From contig JABVCE010000022.1 of assembly GCA_014905635.1 (NCBI GenBank), forward strand, positions 62,001-126,000: a stretch of 64,000 nucleotides of DNA, written 5' to 3'. The notes under the pieces are model-generated. The model had not been told where the DNA came from and searched no databases. It was given only the letters and a program-made list of their open reading frames with translations. Each line of letters opens with the position of its first letter. Positions within the stretch are counted from its first letter, which is position 1. This DNA comes from Scenedesmus sp. PABB004 (taxonomy: Eukaryota). Shown in pieces: positions 46,656 to 57,870 of this stretch. The position numbers and the translations under genes were made by a program.

Positions 46656-48544
46656 ATGGCCGACCACCGCGCCCAGCTCTACGACGCGGTGGGCCAGATC
46701 TGGCTGGAGCTGTTCGGGGAGCACGTTCATGTCGGTGAGCGAGCTGCGGGCCGGCGAGCGGGCCCCAGCGCGCGGCGCGGGGGGCGCGCGCGCGCGATGG
46801 CATGCGCCCGCCTGGCGCCCGGCGCACGCGCCCGCCGGGGCACGCCGGCGCGGGTACGAGTGCGGCCATAATACAGCGTCCCAACGCGCCGGCGCCGGCG
46901 CCGCCCAACGCGCCGCAGCGTACTACCCCGACACGGCGACCAGGGCCAAGGCAACCTGGCAGGAGGCGCAGCTGGCGCACGTGGACGCGGTGCTGGAGTT
47001 TGCGGGCGTGAAGAAGGCCGCGAGGGTGCGCGCCTGACGCGGCGGCGCCAGCGGGTGGCGCGCGCGCCTGCGCCCGCAGCGTGCGCAGTCCGCGCAGTCC
47101 GCGCGCGCGAGCCCGCCGCCGCCCGCCGCCGCGGCCGGCAGCTGCTGGACCTGGGCTGCGGCTACGGCGGCACGGCGGTGCACGTGGCGCAGCGGCTCAA
47201 GTGCAAGGCGGTGGGCATCAACATCTCGCCCTTCCAGGCGCGGCGCGGCGGCGGCCACCGCGCGCGGCGCGGCGCGGCGCGGCGCGGCGCGCCGGCGGCC
47301 ACCGCGCGCGGCACGGCGCGCGGCACGGCGCGACGCGGCCGAGCCCAGGCCCCGCGCGCGTGCGACCGCGCCGGCCGCCGCCACGGCGTGCGCAGGTGCA
47401 GGCCGCGAACCGGCTGGCCGAGCGCTGCGGCTTCGGCCGCGACGAGGTGTGCTTTGTCGTCGGCGACGCGCTCGCGCCGGACCTGCCGGACGGGCGCTTT
47501 GACCTCGTGCTCTCGGTGGAGAGCGCGGCATACATGCCGGACAAGGAGTGAGCCGGGGTGGCAGCCGGGGTGGCAGCCGGGGTGGCAGGGGGAGCCTCGG
47601 CTCGGTTGCTGGCTGCTGGCCGCGGGCGGGCGGCTGGTTGCCGGCGGCTGGCGCGCGCGGCGCGGCGCGGCGCGGCACGGCGCGGCCGGCCCACGCCCCC
47701 CCCCCCCCCCCCCCCGCGCGCGCGCGCCGCAGGCGCTTCGTGGCCCAGCTGTCGCGCCTGTGCGCGCCGGGTGGGACGGTCGTGCTCGTTGACTTTTGCC
47801 GCCGCCCGGGCCCGGTCAGCGAGCCGCTGCGCGCGCGCCTGGCGCGCATGGACCGCATCTTTGCCACGCCCGGCAACTGGACGTCGGCGGAGGAGTACCA
47901 GCAGCTCATGGGTGAGAGAGCGCTGGATCGCTGGGCTGTGTGCCAGCTGGCGTGCTTGCCCACATGCCGGGGACCCCCCGGGCTGGGCCGAACAAGCAAC
48001 GCGCCCGCCGCGCCCGCCGCGCCGGCCGCGCCCGCCGCCGCGCCCGCCGCAGGCTCCAGCGGGCTGAGCGTCGTGCGCGACGGCAACTGGACGCGCCAGG
48101 TGTGCGGCTTCTGGAACGTGGGCATGTGGGCGCTGCTCACGCGCAACGCCAACCCCGGGCAGAGCTGGCTCTCCTGGTATGGCGAGTTCAGCCGCCGGGT
48201 GCGTCACGCGCCCGCCCGCCCGCCGGCCGCCGGCCGGCCGCCGCCGCCGCGCGCGCGCTCGCTGCCGCGCCAACGCCGCTCCGCCGTCGCGGCGCGGCCG
48301 CGCCCGCCCGGCCGCCCGCCCGCCGCCGCGCCGCCGACCGCGCCCCGCCCCCGGCCGCGCCCGCCGCCGCGCCCGCCCGCCCGCGCAGTGCGCGGTCTGC
48401 CTGTGGCTCTTCCTCGTGGGCGGGCGCGCGGTGCTGGGCATGGGCCTGGGCTACCTGCTGGGCAGCCAGAAGCGCGTCGTGCAGGGCGGCCTCGACAGCG
48501 GCGCGCTCGAGTACCACGTGATTGTGGCCAAGAAGCCCAACTGA
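46656..48544 (+). CDS. SAM-dependent methyltransferase, gamma-tocopherol methyltransferase-like but divergent
   Basis: WLELFGEHVHV|AYY, LLDLGCGYGG, GINISPFQ, GDALAPDLPDGRFDLVLSVESAAYMPDK and RLCAPGG..VDFCRR. No transit peptide. A hydrophobic stretch lies near the C-terminus. Confidence 0.85.
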
Positions 48545-48955
48545 CCCGACTGTGAGCGACGTCACGGGGGAAAGGAGGAAGCCCAACGGACGGTCAACCG
48601 ACTGAGCTGACCCGGCCGCCGCGCGGCGCGCGCACGGACGGGCTGTCGTGTGCAGCGCACGGCGCGCGCGCACGGACGAGCTGGCCCGAGAGAGATGGCC
48701 GCGCGCGCGGGGAGCACTGGCCGGCGCGGTGCTGCACCTGCAGCGGCGCCCGCCGCGAACCTAACGACCTGAACTCTGGGAGTACTACCAACAACACGAC
48801 GGGGGGAGATGCTGTGCTCTGGCTCGTGCCTGCGCTCCGAAACACGCACGCACACTCGCGCGCGTTTGCCCGCGGCGGCGCGCGGCGGCGCCCTGCTGCC
48901 CGCGCCCGACAGCCGCGCGGCGCGTGCATGCTGGCCGCCCATCCAACGCACGCCG

Positions 48956-48960
48956 TGTAA
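48956..48960 (+). terminator. TGTAA polyadenylation signal for the methyltransferase gene
   Basis: Chlorophyte poly(A) signal about 410 bp after the stop; the motif is rare in this GC-rich DNA. Confidence 0.5.
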
Positions 48961-49362
48961 TGTCGCGCGAGCTCGTCGCGGCGGCCGCGCGCGCGCAGCG
49001 GCGCTGTGCGGGTGACGCGCTGCGCCGCGCCGCCGCGCCGGCGCCCAGCGCCGTGGCAGACCCCACTGAACCACGTCTGCCGGCCACGCCGGGCCGGCTG
49101 ACCCTCAGGCCGCACGGGTTCACGCCGCAGTAGCGCCCGCCCTGGCGCGCCGCCCGCCGAGGTCCCGCGCGCCCCCGTCGTCACCAGTTGCGCGTCGTCG
49201 TCGTTGTCGTGACCCGCCGAGGCCCCCGCCGTGTGGCTGTAGCGGTCGGTTGCGCCGCTGCGCAGCAAAGAAACTGCCCGCGCTCGCGCGCCGCCAGCGC
49301 CTCGCCTGCGCGCTCCCCGTCGCGCCCGCGACTGCTCTCGGGCCCGCGCGGCGGCGTCGGCG

Positions 49363-50762
49363 ATGGACCACCACAGGGCGAGCATCCTGTTGCGCAAAAA
49401 GCTCTCCAGCAGCCGCGCGACGCACACCACGGCAGAGGAGCAGTACCAGCGCGAGCAGGTGTGGCTCCGGGCGGCTCCGGGAGTCAGGGCGCGAGCCCGG
49501 CGCACGCCGGCGCGGCGCGGCGCAGCGGCCGCTGCTCGCGCGCCAGGCGCGGCGCGGCGCGCGGCGGCCGTGGCCGGCGGACTCACCGGCTGCCGCGCAG
49601 GAGCTTCTCGCGGCCAAGGCGCGCCGCCTGGCCGGCGCGGAGGAGCGGCTGCTGGCCGCGCTCTACCCGGACGCGGCGCACGTCCGCGCGCGGCAGGCGG
49701 AGGTCCTGCAGCTGCAGGAACAGCAGCTGGCGGCGCAGGCCGAGGCGCGGTGCGTGGGGCGCGGGTTCGGAAGCCGCACGCGGCGCGCGGCGCAGCTTCG
49801 GAACGCCGGCGCAGCACGTCGCGCGGCGCGCGGGGGCGCGCGGCGACACACGCCCGCCGCCGCTCGCACGCCGGCAGGGAGCGCGAGGCGCGGCTGGAGG
49901 CGCAGGCGTCGTCGCGGCGCGCGCGCGAGTCGGCGGCGTCGGCAGAGGCGGCCGGCGGCGCGGCGCGGCCGTGGGCGACCGCCACGCTGAACGCCTACGC
50001 CACAGACCGCGACGAGGTGCGCGGCGCTCGGCCGCGGGCTGCGCCGCGGCCGTGCTGTGGCGGCGGCGCGGTGGTGGCGCGCGCCACCCCAGCGGCCCCG
50101 GCAAACCGCCCGCCGCGCCCGCCCGCCCGCTCCCGCGCCCGCCGCGCAGCGCGACGCGCGCAAGCAGTTTGCGGCGGAGCTGGCAGCAGAGAACCTGGCG
50201 CTGATGGCGGAGCGCGCGGCGCAGCGCGCCGCCGCAGCGGCGGCCGAGGCCGACGCCGAGCGCGCGGCGCTCGCGAGCGGGGTGCGCGGCCGCGCGGCGC
50301 CGCCGCCTCCCGCCGCCCTCCCGCCGGGGGCCGAGCAGCTCACGCGCGCGCCGCCGCCGCCGCCGCCGTCCTCAGTCGCGCAACTACTGGAACCTGGGTG
50401 CCGCCTCGAGCGACCGGCGCTGGATCGCGCCCGAGCACCGCCACCTGCACCCGACCGGCCCGCGCGCCGCGCAGCCGCCGCCCGCGGCCGGGCGCGGCGT
50501 GGTGGCGCCGCCCTGGGCGACGCACGGCGACGGCGCCGCGGGCGCGCTGCGCGGCGGCGAGGAGCGGCGGCAACAGCAGCAGCAGCAGCAGCAGCAGGAG
50601 CAGAGCGCGAGCAAGCAGGCGCCGCCGCAGCAGAACACGGTGCGGCAGCGGGTCGCGCGCGGAGAGGCCGCGGGAGCGACGCGCGGGCTGACCCTTGCCG
50701 CCGCCGCCCCGCTACCGCTGCCGCAGGGCCAGCTGAAACACCCCTGGGAGTGGACGGCGTGA
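49363..50762 (+). CDS. Hypothetical coiled-coil protein
   Basis: Five exons with GT-AG borders join in frame: MDHHRASILL...EQ|ELLAAK...|...|...|SRNYWNLG...HPWEWTA*. Confidence 0.65.
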
Positions 50763-51173
50763 GCCGTGGCGGGTGGGGGAGGAGGGATTGCATGCCGCGC
50801 TGCTGCAACACGCAGCGCGTGCCGCGCCCGCTCGTCGCGCGTGTGTGGCGGCCGCGGCTCTGTGCACGCCAGCAACGGGTGTGCGTGTGATGGTGATTGC
50901 GTGGGCGGCGGCCCTCGGCGGCTCGGGCAAGCAGGGCACAGGCCGGAACCGCCGCCGCGTCGCGCCGCCGCCACCGCGCCGTCGTGCCGCTGCCTCCACG
51001 CCGCGCCCGTCGTTGCGTCGCGTCCGCTGCCCAGACCAGATCGCCGCAGACCGTTGTCCCCGACGCGCCCCGGCGCGCCCGCCGCAGCCTCACGCGCGCA
51101 GCGGCACCAGCGGCAGCAGCGGGCTGCTGCTGCTCTCGCGCCTTTTGCCGCGCGGCTGCCCACCGGGGCCGCG

Positions 51174-52683
51174 ATGTTGCAGAAGAAGAGCTTCGTGAAG
51201 AAGACGAGGGGCGGCAAGGTCGTCAAGGTGGGCAGCCGGCGCCGGCGCTGGCGGCGCGGCCGCCGCTGCTGCCGCCGCCGCAGCTCTCACGCGGCGGCGC
51301 GCCGCCGGCGCCGCAGGTGGTGCGCGAGCACTACCTGCGCGACGACATATGGTGGGGGGGGGACGGCTCGCCCCGCCGCGCCGGCCGCCGCGCCGCGCCG
51401 GCGCCGGCCGACTGCTCACGCCACTCGCCGCGCAGGAGCGGCTCGCCGCTGGACCCGGGGTGCGACCCGTCGGCCCACAAGCTGTCCCCGGACGCCCCGC
51501 ACTACCTGGTTATCGACACCAACGTGGCCCTGCACCAGGCCAGCAGCGCAGCGCGGCGCGGAGCGCTGGCACACGCCGCGCCGCCCCCGGCGGCCACGCC
51601 GCGCGCCGAGCGAGCCCGCGCCGCGCCGCCGGCGCCGCCGCCGCCGCGCGCAGATGGACTTTCTGGAGCACCCGGCGGTGAACGACGTCATCGTGTGCCG
51701 CACGGTCGTGGAGGAGGTGCGGCGCCTGCAGCGGCGGCAGCGGCGGCAGCGGCGGGGTCGGCCGCGAGCGTCGGCGGCGACCGCAGCGCCGGCGCCGGCG
51801 GGCGCCGGCGGGCCTGAGACGCGCGCTCCGCAGGTGGAGCACCGCAACAGGGCGGGCGGGCAGCGGCTCAAGGCGCTGTGCCAGAGCGCGACCAAGCGGT
51901 TTTACGTGTTCAGCAATGAGCACCACAAGTGCGCGCCGCGGCGGCCGCGGCGGGCGCGGCGCTCGCGCCTGCGCGGGCGCGCGGCGGGTGCGGCCGCCGA
52001 GCCGCCGCGCCGCGGCGTGGCGTGGCGCAGGGACACGTACGTCAAGGAGGAGCCGGGGGAGAGCCCAAACGACCGCAACGACCGCGCGATCCGCGTGGCC
52101 GCCAAGTGGTGCGCCCGCGCTGCCCGCCGCGCCCGCGCCGCAGCGCCGCGCCTGCCGGCGCCGCGCTGCCCACCGCGCGAGCCGAGCGCCGCCGCCGCGC
52201 CGCCGCCGCGCCGCCGCCGCGCCGGGCCGCCGCGCCGCGCAGGTACGCGGAGCGTCTGCCCGGCATGCGCATCATACTGCTGACGAACGACGCCGGCAAC
52301 CTCGCGGCTGCGGCCGCGGCGGGCCTCGTCGGCATGTCCCTGCCCGCCTACGCGCGCTCGCGCGCGGCCGAGGCGCCGGAGCTGCAGGACCTCGTCGCGC
52401 GCCAGGCGCGCCGCGCCGCGCCGCGGGGCCGCGCGCGCGCCCAGCGCGCCGCTGCAGCCTCGCCCCTGCGCGCTCGCACCTCACCTCGCCTCTCTCACCG
52501 CCGCCGCCGCCGCGCCGCGCCGCCAGGAGTTTATGGACGATGACGAGGCGGCCCTGGCGGCGGAGGGCGGCGCGGCGCCGGCCGGCGCCGACGGCGCGCG
52601 CGGCGGGCCGGCCGGCCCCGGCCCCGGCAGCAGCCGCGCGGCCGCGGCGCTCGCGGCGGCGGTCGGCGCGGCCGGCGGCAAGC

Positions 52684-52714
<31 letters not shown>

Positions 52715-55700
52715 GCCGCGCGGCGCGAAGCGCGCGCGCGTGTATGAGCAGCACCGCCCGATGAGCGACGTGGCCGCGGGCATCGCGTCGGGGCGGTACC
52801 ACCAGGGCGCGCTGCGCGTCAGCCGGTTCAGCCCGTTTGAGGGCTGGGTCGCGAGCGAGGCGGTGGGCCAGGACATCATGATCACCGGCCGCTCCGACAT
52901 GAACCGCGCCATGGACGGTGCGGCGCGGCGGCAGGGAGAGGGCGGAGAGGGCGGGCGGGCACGGGGAACGGCGGCGCGGCGGCGTGGTGGCAAGTGCTGC
53001 TGCTGCGGGCGCGCCGGGCGCGCGGAGCGGCGGCGGCCGGGGCCGGGGCCCCCGCGGGCGCCGGCTGAACGCGCGCCGCGCGCCGGCCGCCGCGCAGGCG
53101 ACGTCGTGGCGGTGGAGCTGCTGCCCGAGGCGCAGTGGCGCGCGCCCAGCAGGACGCTGCCGGGCGCCGGCGCGAGCGGCGCCGGCGGCGCCGCGGCGCC
53201 GGACAGCCCCGGCGGCGAGGAGGCGGGCGACGAGGCAGAGCTGGCGCCGGAGATTTTCCAGGTGGGCAGCGCTGCGCTGCGGGCCCGCTCGGCCGCGGCG
53301 CGGCCGCCGGCGCGCGGCGGCGGCCGAGGCGCCGCGCACCGCACCGCCGCCGCAGGTGGGCGGCGACACCGACCTGGAGGGCCCCGTGCCGGCCGCGGGC
53401 GCGGCCGGCGCAGACGGGCGGCGGCCCACGGGGCGCGTCGTGGGCATCATCCGGCGCAACTGGCGCAGCAGGTGCGGCGCGCCGCCGCGCCCCGCACGCG
53501 GCTGCGGCGGCCGGCGCACGCGCGCTGAAAGACCGCCGAGGCCTGCACGCCGCACGCCGCACGCCGCGCCCGCCGCGGGCCAGGGGTTACTGCGGGAGCC
53601 TCAAGCCGCAGGACCTCGGCCCCGGCAGCTCCACGCAGGCGCTGCTGTTTGTGCCGGTCGACCGGCGCTACCCGATGATTCGGTGAGGCCAGAGGGTTTA
53701 GGGGTCAGGGTCTGACAGGGCACAGGGCACAGGGCACTGCCAGGGCTTAGGGTTTTAGGAGGCGGTGGCCCCGCTGCCTCCTCGCTGCGGGCCGGTCCGC
53801 CCCTCGGCGCGCGCGGCGCGCGCGCGCTCGCCCCCGCCAGCCGGGGCCGGCGCCCAGCCCGCCCTGCGCCGCGCGCGCGCGCGCGCGCGCGCGCGCAGCA
53901 TCCACACGCGCCAGGGCGCTGCGCTCATGGACAAGCGGCTCGTGGTCGCCATCGACGGCTGGGACACGGACAGCATGTACCCGGCGGGGCACTACGTGCG
54001 CACGCTCGGCCTCATCGGCGACCGCGACGTCGAGACGGTGCGTTGGGTTAGGCGTGGCGGCCGCAGCCGCGGCGCCGGGCATGGGCCCCTCCCCGCCTCG
54101 CCGGCGGCGCCGCTGGCGCGCCGCGCGCGGCTCCAGCACGCCCGGTGTGGCGGTGTGTTGCACCCTGTGACTTGACCAACCCTGAACAATCCTGAACCCC
54201 CACCACCACCCCCAGGACGTGCTGCTGATAGAGAACGACATCAACACCGCGCCCTTCAGCCCCGCGGTGCACGAGTGCGTGCCGCCGCTGCCCTGGGCGG
54301 TGACCGAGGCCGACGTCGCGGGTGCGCGCCGCCCGCCGCCGCCGCCGCCGCGCGGGAGGGGAGGGGCGGGCACCTGCGCACGGGCGCGCCCGGCGGCGCC
54401 GGCCTCTGGCCCGCGGGCGCGGCGCCGCCGTCGGCCGGCGGCGCTCTGGGTTCACGCGCGCGTGTGCCCGCCTCCCGGCGCAGACCCCAACCGCGAGGAC
54501 CTGCGGCACCTGTGCGTGTGCAGCGTGGACCCGCCGGGCTGCATGGACATCGATGACGCGCTGCACGTGCGGTGCGTGCCGCGGCGCGCCGCCGCCGCCG
54601 CTGCGGCGCCCCGTGGCGCGGGAGGGCCCCCGGTGCCGCCGCGCGCCCGCGCGCCCGCGCGCCCACGCGCGCGCCGCCGCCGCGCCCTCTGCTCGGCACA
54701 GCGAGCTGGCCAACGGCAACCTGGAGGTCGGCGTGCACATCGCCGATGTCACGCACTTCCTCGCCCCCGGCACGGCGATGGACGCCGAGGCGGCGTCGCG
54801 CGCGACGACGACGTACCTGGTGCAGCGCCGCATCGACATGCTGCCCAAGCCCCTCACGGAGGACATCTGCAGCCTCAGGCGCGGACGCGGGCGAGCGGGC
54901 GGGCGCGGCCCGGGGCCGCGCGGCGCGGGCCGGGCGTCGCGGGGCCCGGCGCGGGGGCGGGGCGTGGGCGGGCCCCGGCGCGCGCGCGTGGGGCGGCGCC
55001 GGGGCGCGTGAGCGACGCCGCCGCGCGCCGCGCCGCCGGCTCGGGCGCCCGGCGCGCGCAGGGGCGGCGTGGAGCGGCTCGCGTTCAGCGCGCTGTGGGA
55101 GATGACGCGCGGCGCGGAGGTGGTGAGCGTGCGGTTCACCAAGTCGGTCATCGCCAGCCGCGCGGCGCTCACGTACGCGGAGGCACAGGCGCGCATCGAC
55201 GACGAGCGGCTCACAGACGACGTCACAAAGGGTGCGGCGGACGGGCGGCGCCGCCGCCGCCGCCGCCGCAGCGCCCGGCCGCGCGCGGCGCGGCGCGCTC
55301 GCTACCAACGCCCGTGCCCCCGCCGACGCCGCGCGTGCGCGTGCCAGGCCTGCGGCACCTGCTGGCGCTGTCCAAGCTGCTCAAGCAGCGCCGCCTCGAC
55401 GCGGGCGCGCTCAGCCTCGCGTCGCCGGAGGTCAAGTTCAAGATTGACACCGAGACGCACAACCCGCTCGACGTCGGCATGTACCAGGCGCGGCCCGCGG
55501 CGGCGAGGGCTCAGGGCTCAGGGCTCAGGGCTCAGGGCTCAGGGCTCAGGGCTCAGGGCTCAGGGCTCAGGGCTCGGGGGATCAGGGCTCAGGGCTCGGG
55601 GCTCGGGGTCCACTCAAGCTCGCGCCGCTGCAGCGCTGCCCCCTGCGCGGCGCGGCGGTGCTCTCGCCGCTGAGCACAAAAGATCGCCGCCTCTGGTGCC

Positions 55701-57396
55701 TCCCGCCCTGCTGCCGACGCGCGCAGACGCTGGAAACCAACAGCATGGTGGAGGAGCTGATGCTGCTCGCCAACGTGGCCGTCGCGACCGCCATCACGGC
55801 GCGCTTCCCCTCCTGCAGCCTGCTGCGCCGCCACCAGACGCCGGGTGCGCGCGCGGCGCGGCGCCGCGCGCTGGCGTGCGGCTGTGCGTCCTCCCGCCCC
55901 GCGCCGCTGCCGCCGCCTGCGCCCCGCAAAGACGCCTCCCCGCGCCGCCCGCCGCCCGCCGCGCGCCGCGCCTCGCCGCCGCCGCCGCAGCGCCGCGCCA
56001 GTTTGAGCCGCTGCTCGCGGCCGCGGGGTGCGCGGGGTTTGCGCTCGACGTGAGCAGCAGCAAGGCGCTCGCGGGCAGCCTCGACGCCGCGGTGCGCCCC
56101 GACGACGCCTACTTCAACAAGCTCGTGCGCATCATGGCCACGCGGTGCGCGGGCGGGGCGCCAGGGCGCAGGGTTCAGCGCCGAGGGCGGGCTGCTCGGC
56201 GCTCCGGCGCCACCTCGCCGAGCCCCTCCACGCCGCCCGCCCCGCGCCCGCCCTCCCCCGCCCACCCCCGCCCGCCCGCCCTGCGCCCGCTCGCGTCTGC
56301 CCGGCACCCCGCGCGCGTGCGGCGCAGGTGCATGACGCAGGCGCAGTACTTTGGCAGCGGCGAGGTGGGCGCGCCCGAGTACCACCACTACGGCCTCGCC
56401 TCGCCCATCTACACGCACTTCACCTCGCCCATCCGCAGGCGCGCGCGTGTGGTGTGTGCGTGCGCGTGTGTGCGTGCGCGTGTGTGCGTGCGCGTGTGGC
56501 GCGGGCGTGCGTGTGTGTGGTGTGGGTGTGTGGTGTGGGTGGGTGGGTGTGGGCCTTGGGTGTGGTCTGCGCGGGGCGGCGGCGCGGCGGCGGCACGTGG
56601 TGCCACGTGGCGCGGCGCGGCGCGCAGGTACGCGGACGTCGTGGTGCACCGGCTGCTCGCGGCGACGCTCGGCATCGCGCCGCTGCCCGACGCGGTGCGC
56701 GACAGCGACGCGCTGCACGACTGCGCGGGCAACCTCAACACGCGGCACAGGCGCGGACGGGACGCGCCCGGCGCGCAGAGCCGGCGCGCGGCACAGCCCC
56801 CGGGGCACAGGGGCCCCGCCGCCGCCGCCAGGCTCGCTGACCGGCGCGCCGCCGCCACCGCCGCCGCCGCCGTTTCTTGTTCCCCGCGGCCGCCGCGCGC
56901 GCGCGGCCTTGCAGGAACGCGCAGATGGCGGGCCGCGCGAGCGTGGAGCTGCACACGCTCATCTTCTTCAAGGACCGCCCCGTGCTCGCCGACGCGCGCG
57001 TCGTCAAGGCGCGCGCCGCAGGCTGCTGCTGCGCCCCGCCCCGCGCGCGCGCCGCCCGGCCGCGTGCTCTGGCCGCGCGGCTGGCGAGGTTGCCGCGCCA
57101 CGCCGCCGCAGGTCAAGGCCAACGGCCTGGTCGTGTTCGTGCCCAAGTTTGGCATCGAGGGCCCGGTCTATTTGGTGCCAAAGGACGCGGCGAACAACAG
57201 CAACCAGGCCCCGCCCGCATACGCGCTCGACGAGTCGGGCCAGGCGCTCGTGAGCGCCGACGGCGCGACGCGCTTCGCCGTGTTCGACAAGGTTGCCGTG
57301 CGCATCGAGGTCGAGGAGGGCGCCGCGCACCGGCGCAGCCTCGCGCTCGCGCTCGTGCCGCGCGACGAGCTGCCGCCGGGCGACGTCGTGGCGTGA
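51174..57396 (+). CDS. DIS3: Exosome catalytic subunit DIS3/RRP44 (PIN, CSD, RNB and S1 domains)
   Basis: [68 protein letters not shown] and [26 protein letters not shown]. About 22 introns. Confidence 0.97.
53692..53759 (+). repeat. Degenerate telomere-like heptamers in a DIS3 intron
   Basis: TTTAGGG, GTCAGGG, GACAGGG, CACAGGG x2, CTTAGGG and TTTTAGG. Confidence 0.6.
55506..55609 (+). repeat. (AGGGCTC)n heptamer array, a telomere-variant-like repeat, in a DIS3 intron
   Basis: Ten perfect copies at 55506-55575 followed by degenerate copies. Confidence 0.9.
56447..56565. repeat. GT-rich degenerate microsatellite in a DIS3 intron
   Basis: A (GT)/(GGT)/(GCGT) mosaic is directly visible. Confidence 0.8.
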
Positions 57397-57870
57397 GGCG
57401 CCGCGCGCCACGCGCACGCGCACGCGCAGCTCAGCAGGCGTAACGAGCCGAGGGCTCCCCCCGTGCCGGCGCCGCCGGACCTTGCGCTGCGCGCGGGGCT
57501 GGCTGTGCGCGGCGCTGCTGCTGCTCCCGGGCCGCCGCCGCCGCCGGCGCCGCCGCCGGGCCGGCGCGCCTCCCCCGGCGGCACGGCCGAGCTGTGGGAC
57601 TCCCCGCGCGTCAAACGGGGCGAGCTGGCGGACTGGGCGCGGCAGTGGTTTAGACCAACTTTCGGCGCCGCACCGCCGCGCGCTGGCGCCTCTTTGCGGC
57701 GCGGCAGCGCCTCCCACGTGTCATTGCGTCCTCTAGGGACCTTTCCTGTAGCTGGAGAGCCTGTAGCGCGCGCTCCCGACCGCGGGACGCCTCCGCGCGC
57801 TCCCGAGCGCCACCGCTCACCCGCTCGAGAGGCGCTCGACGACACCCCCGCGGTATCGCGGGACGACCTA

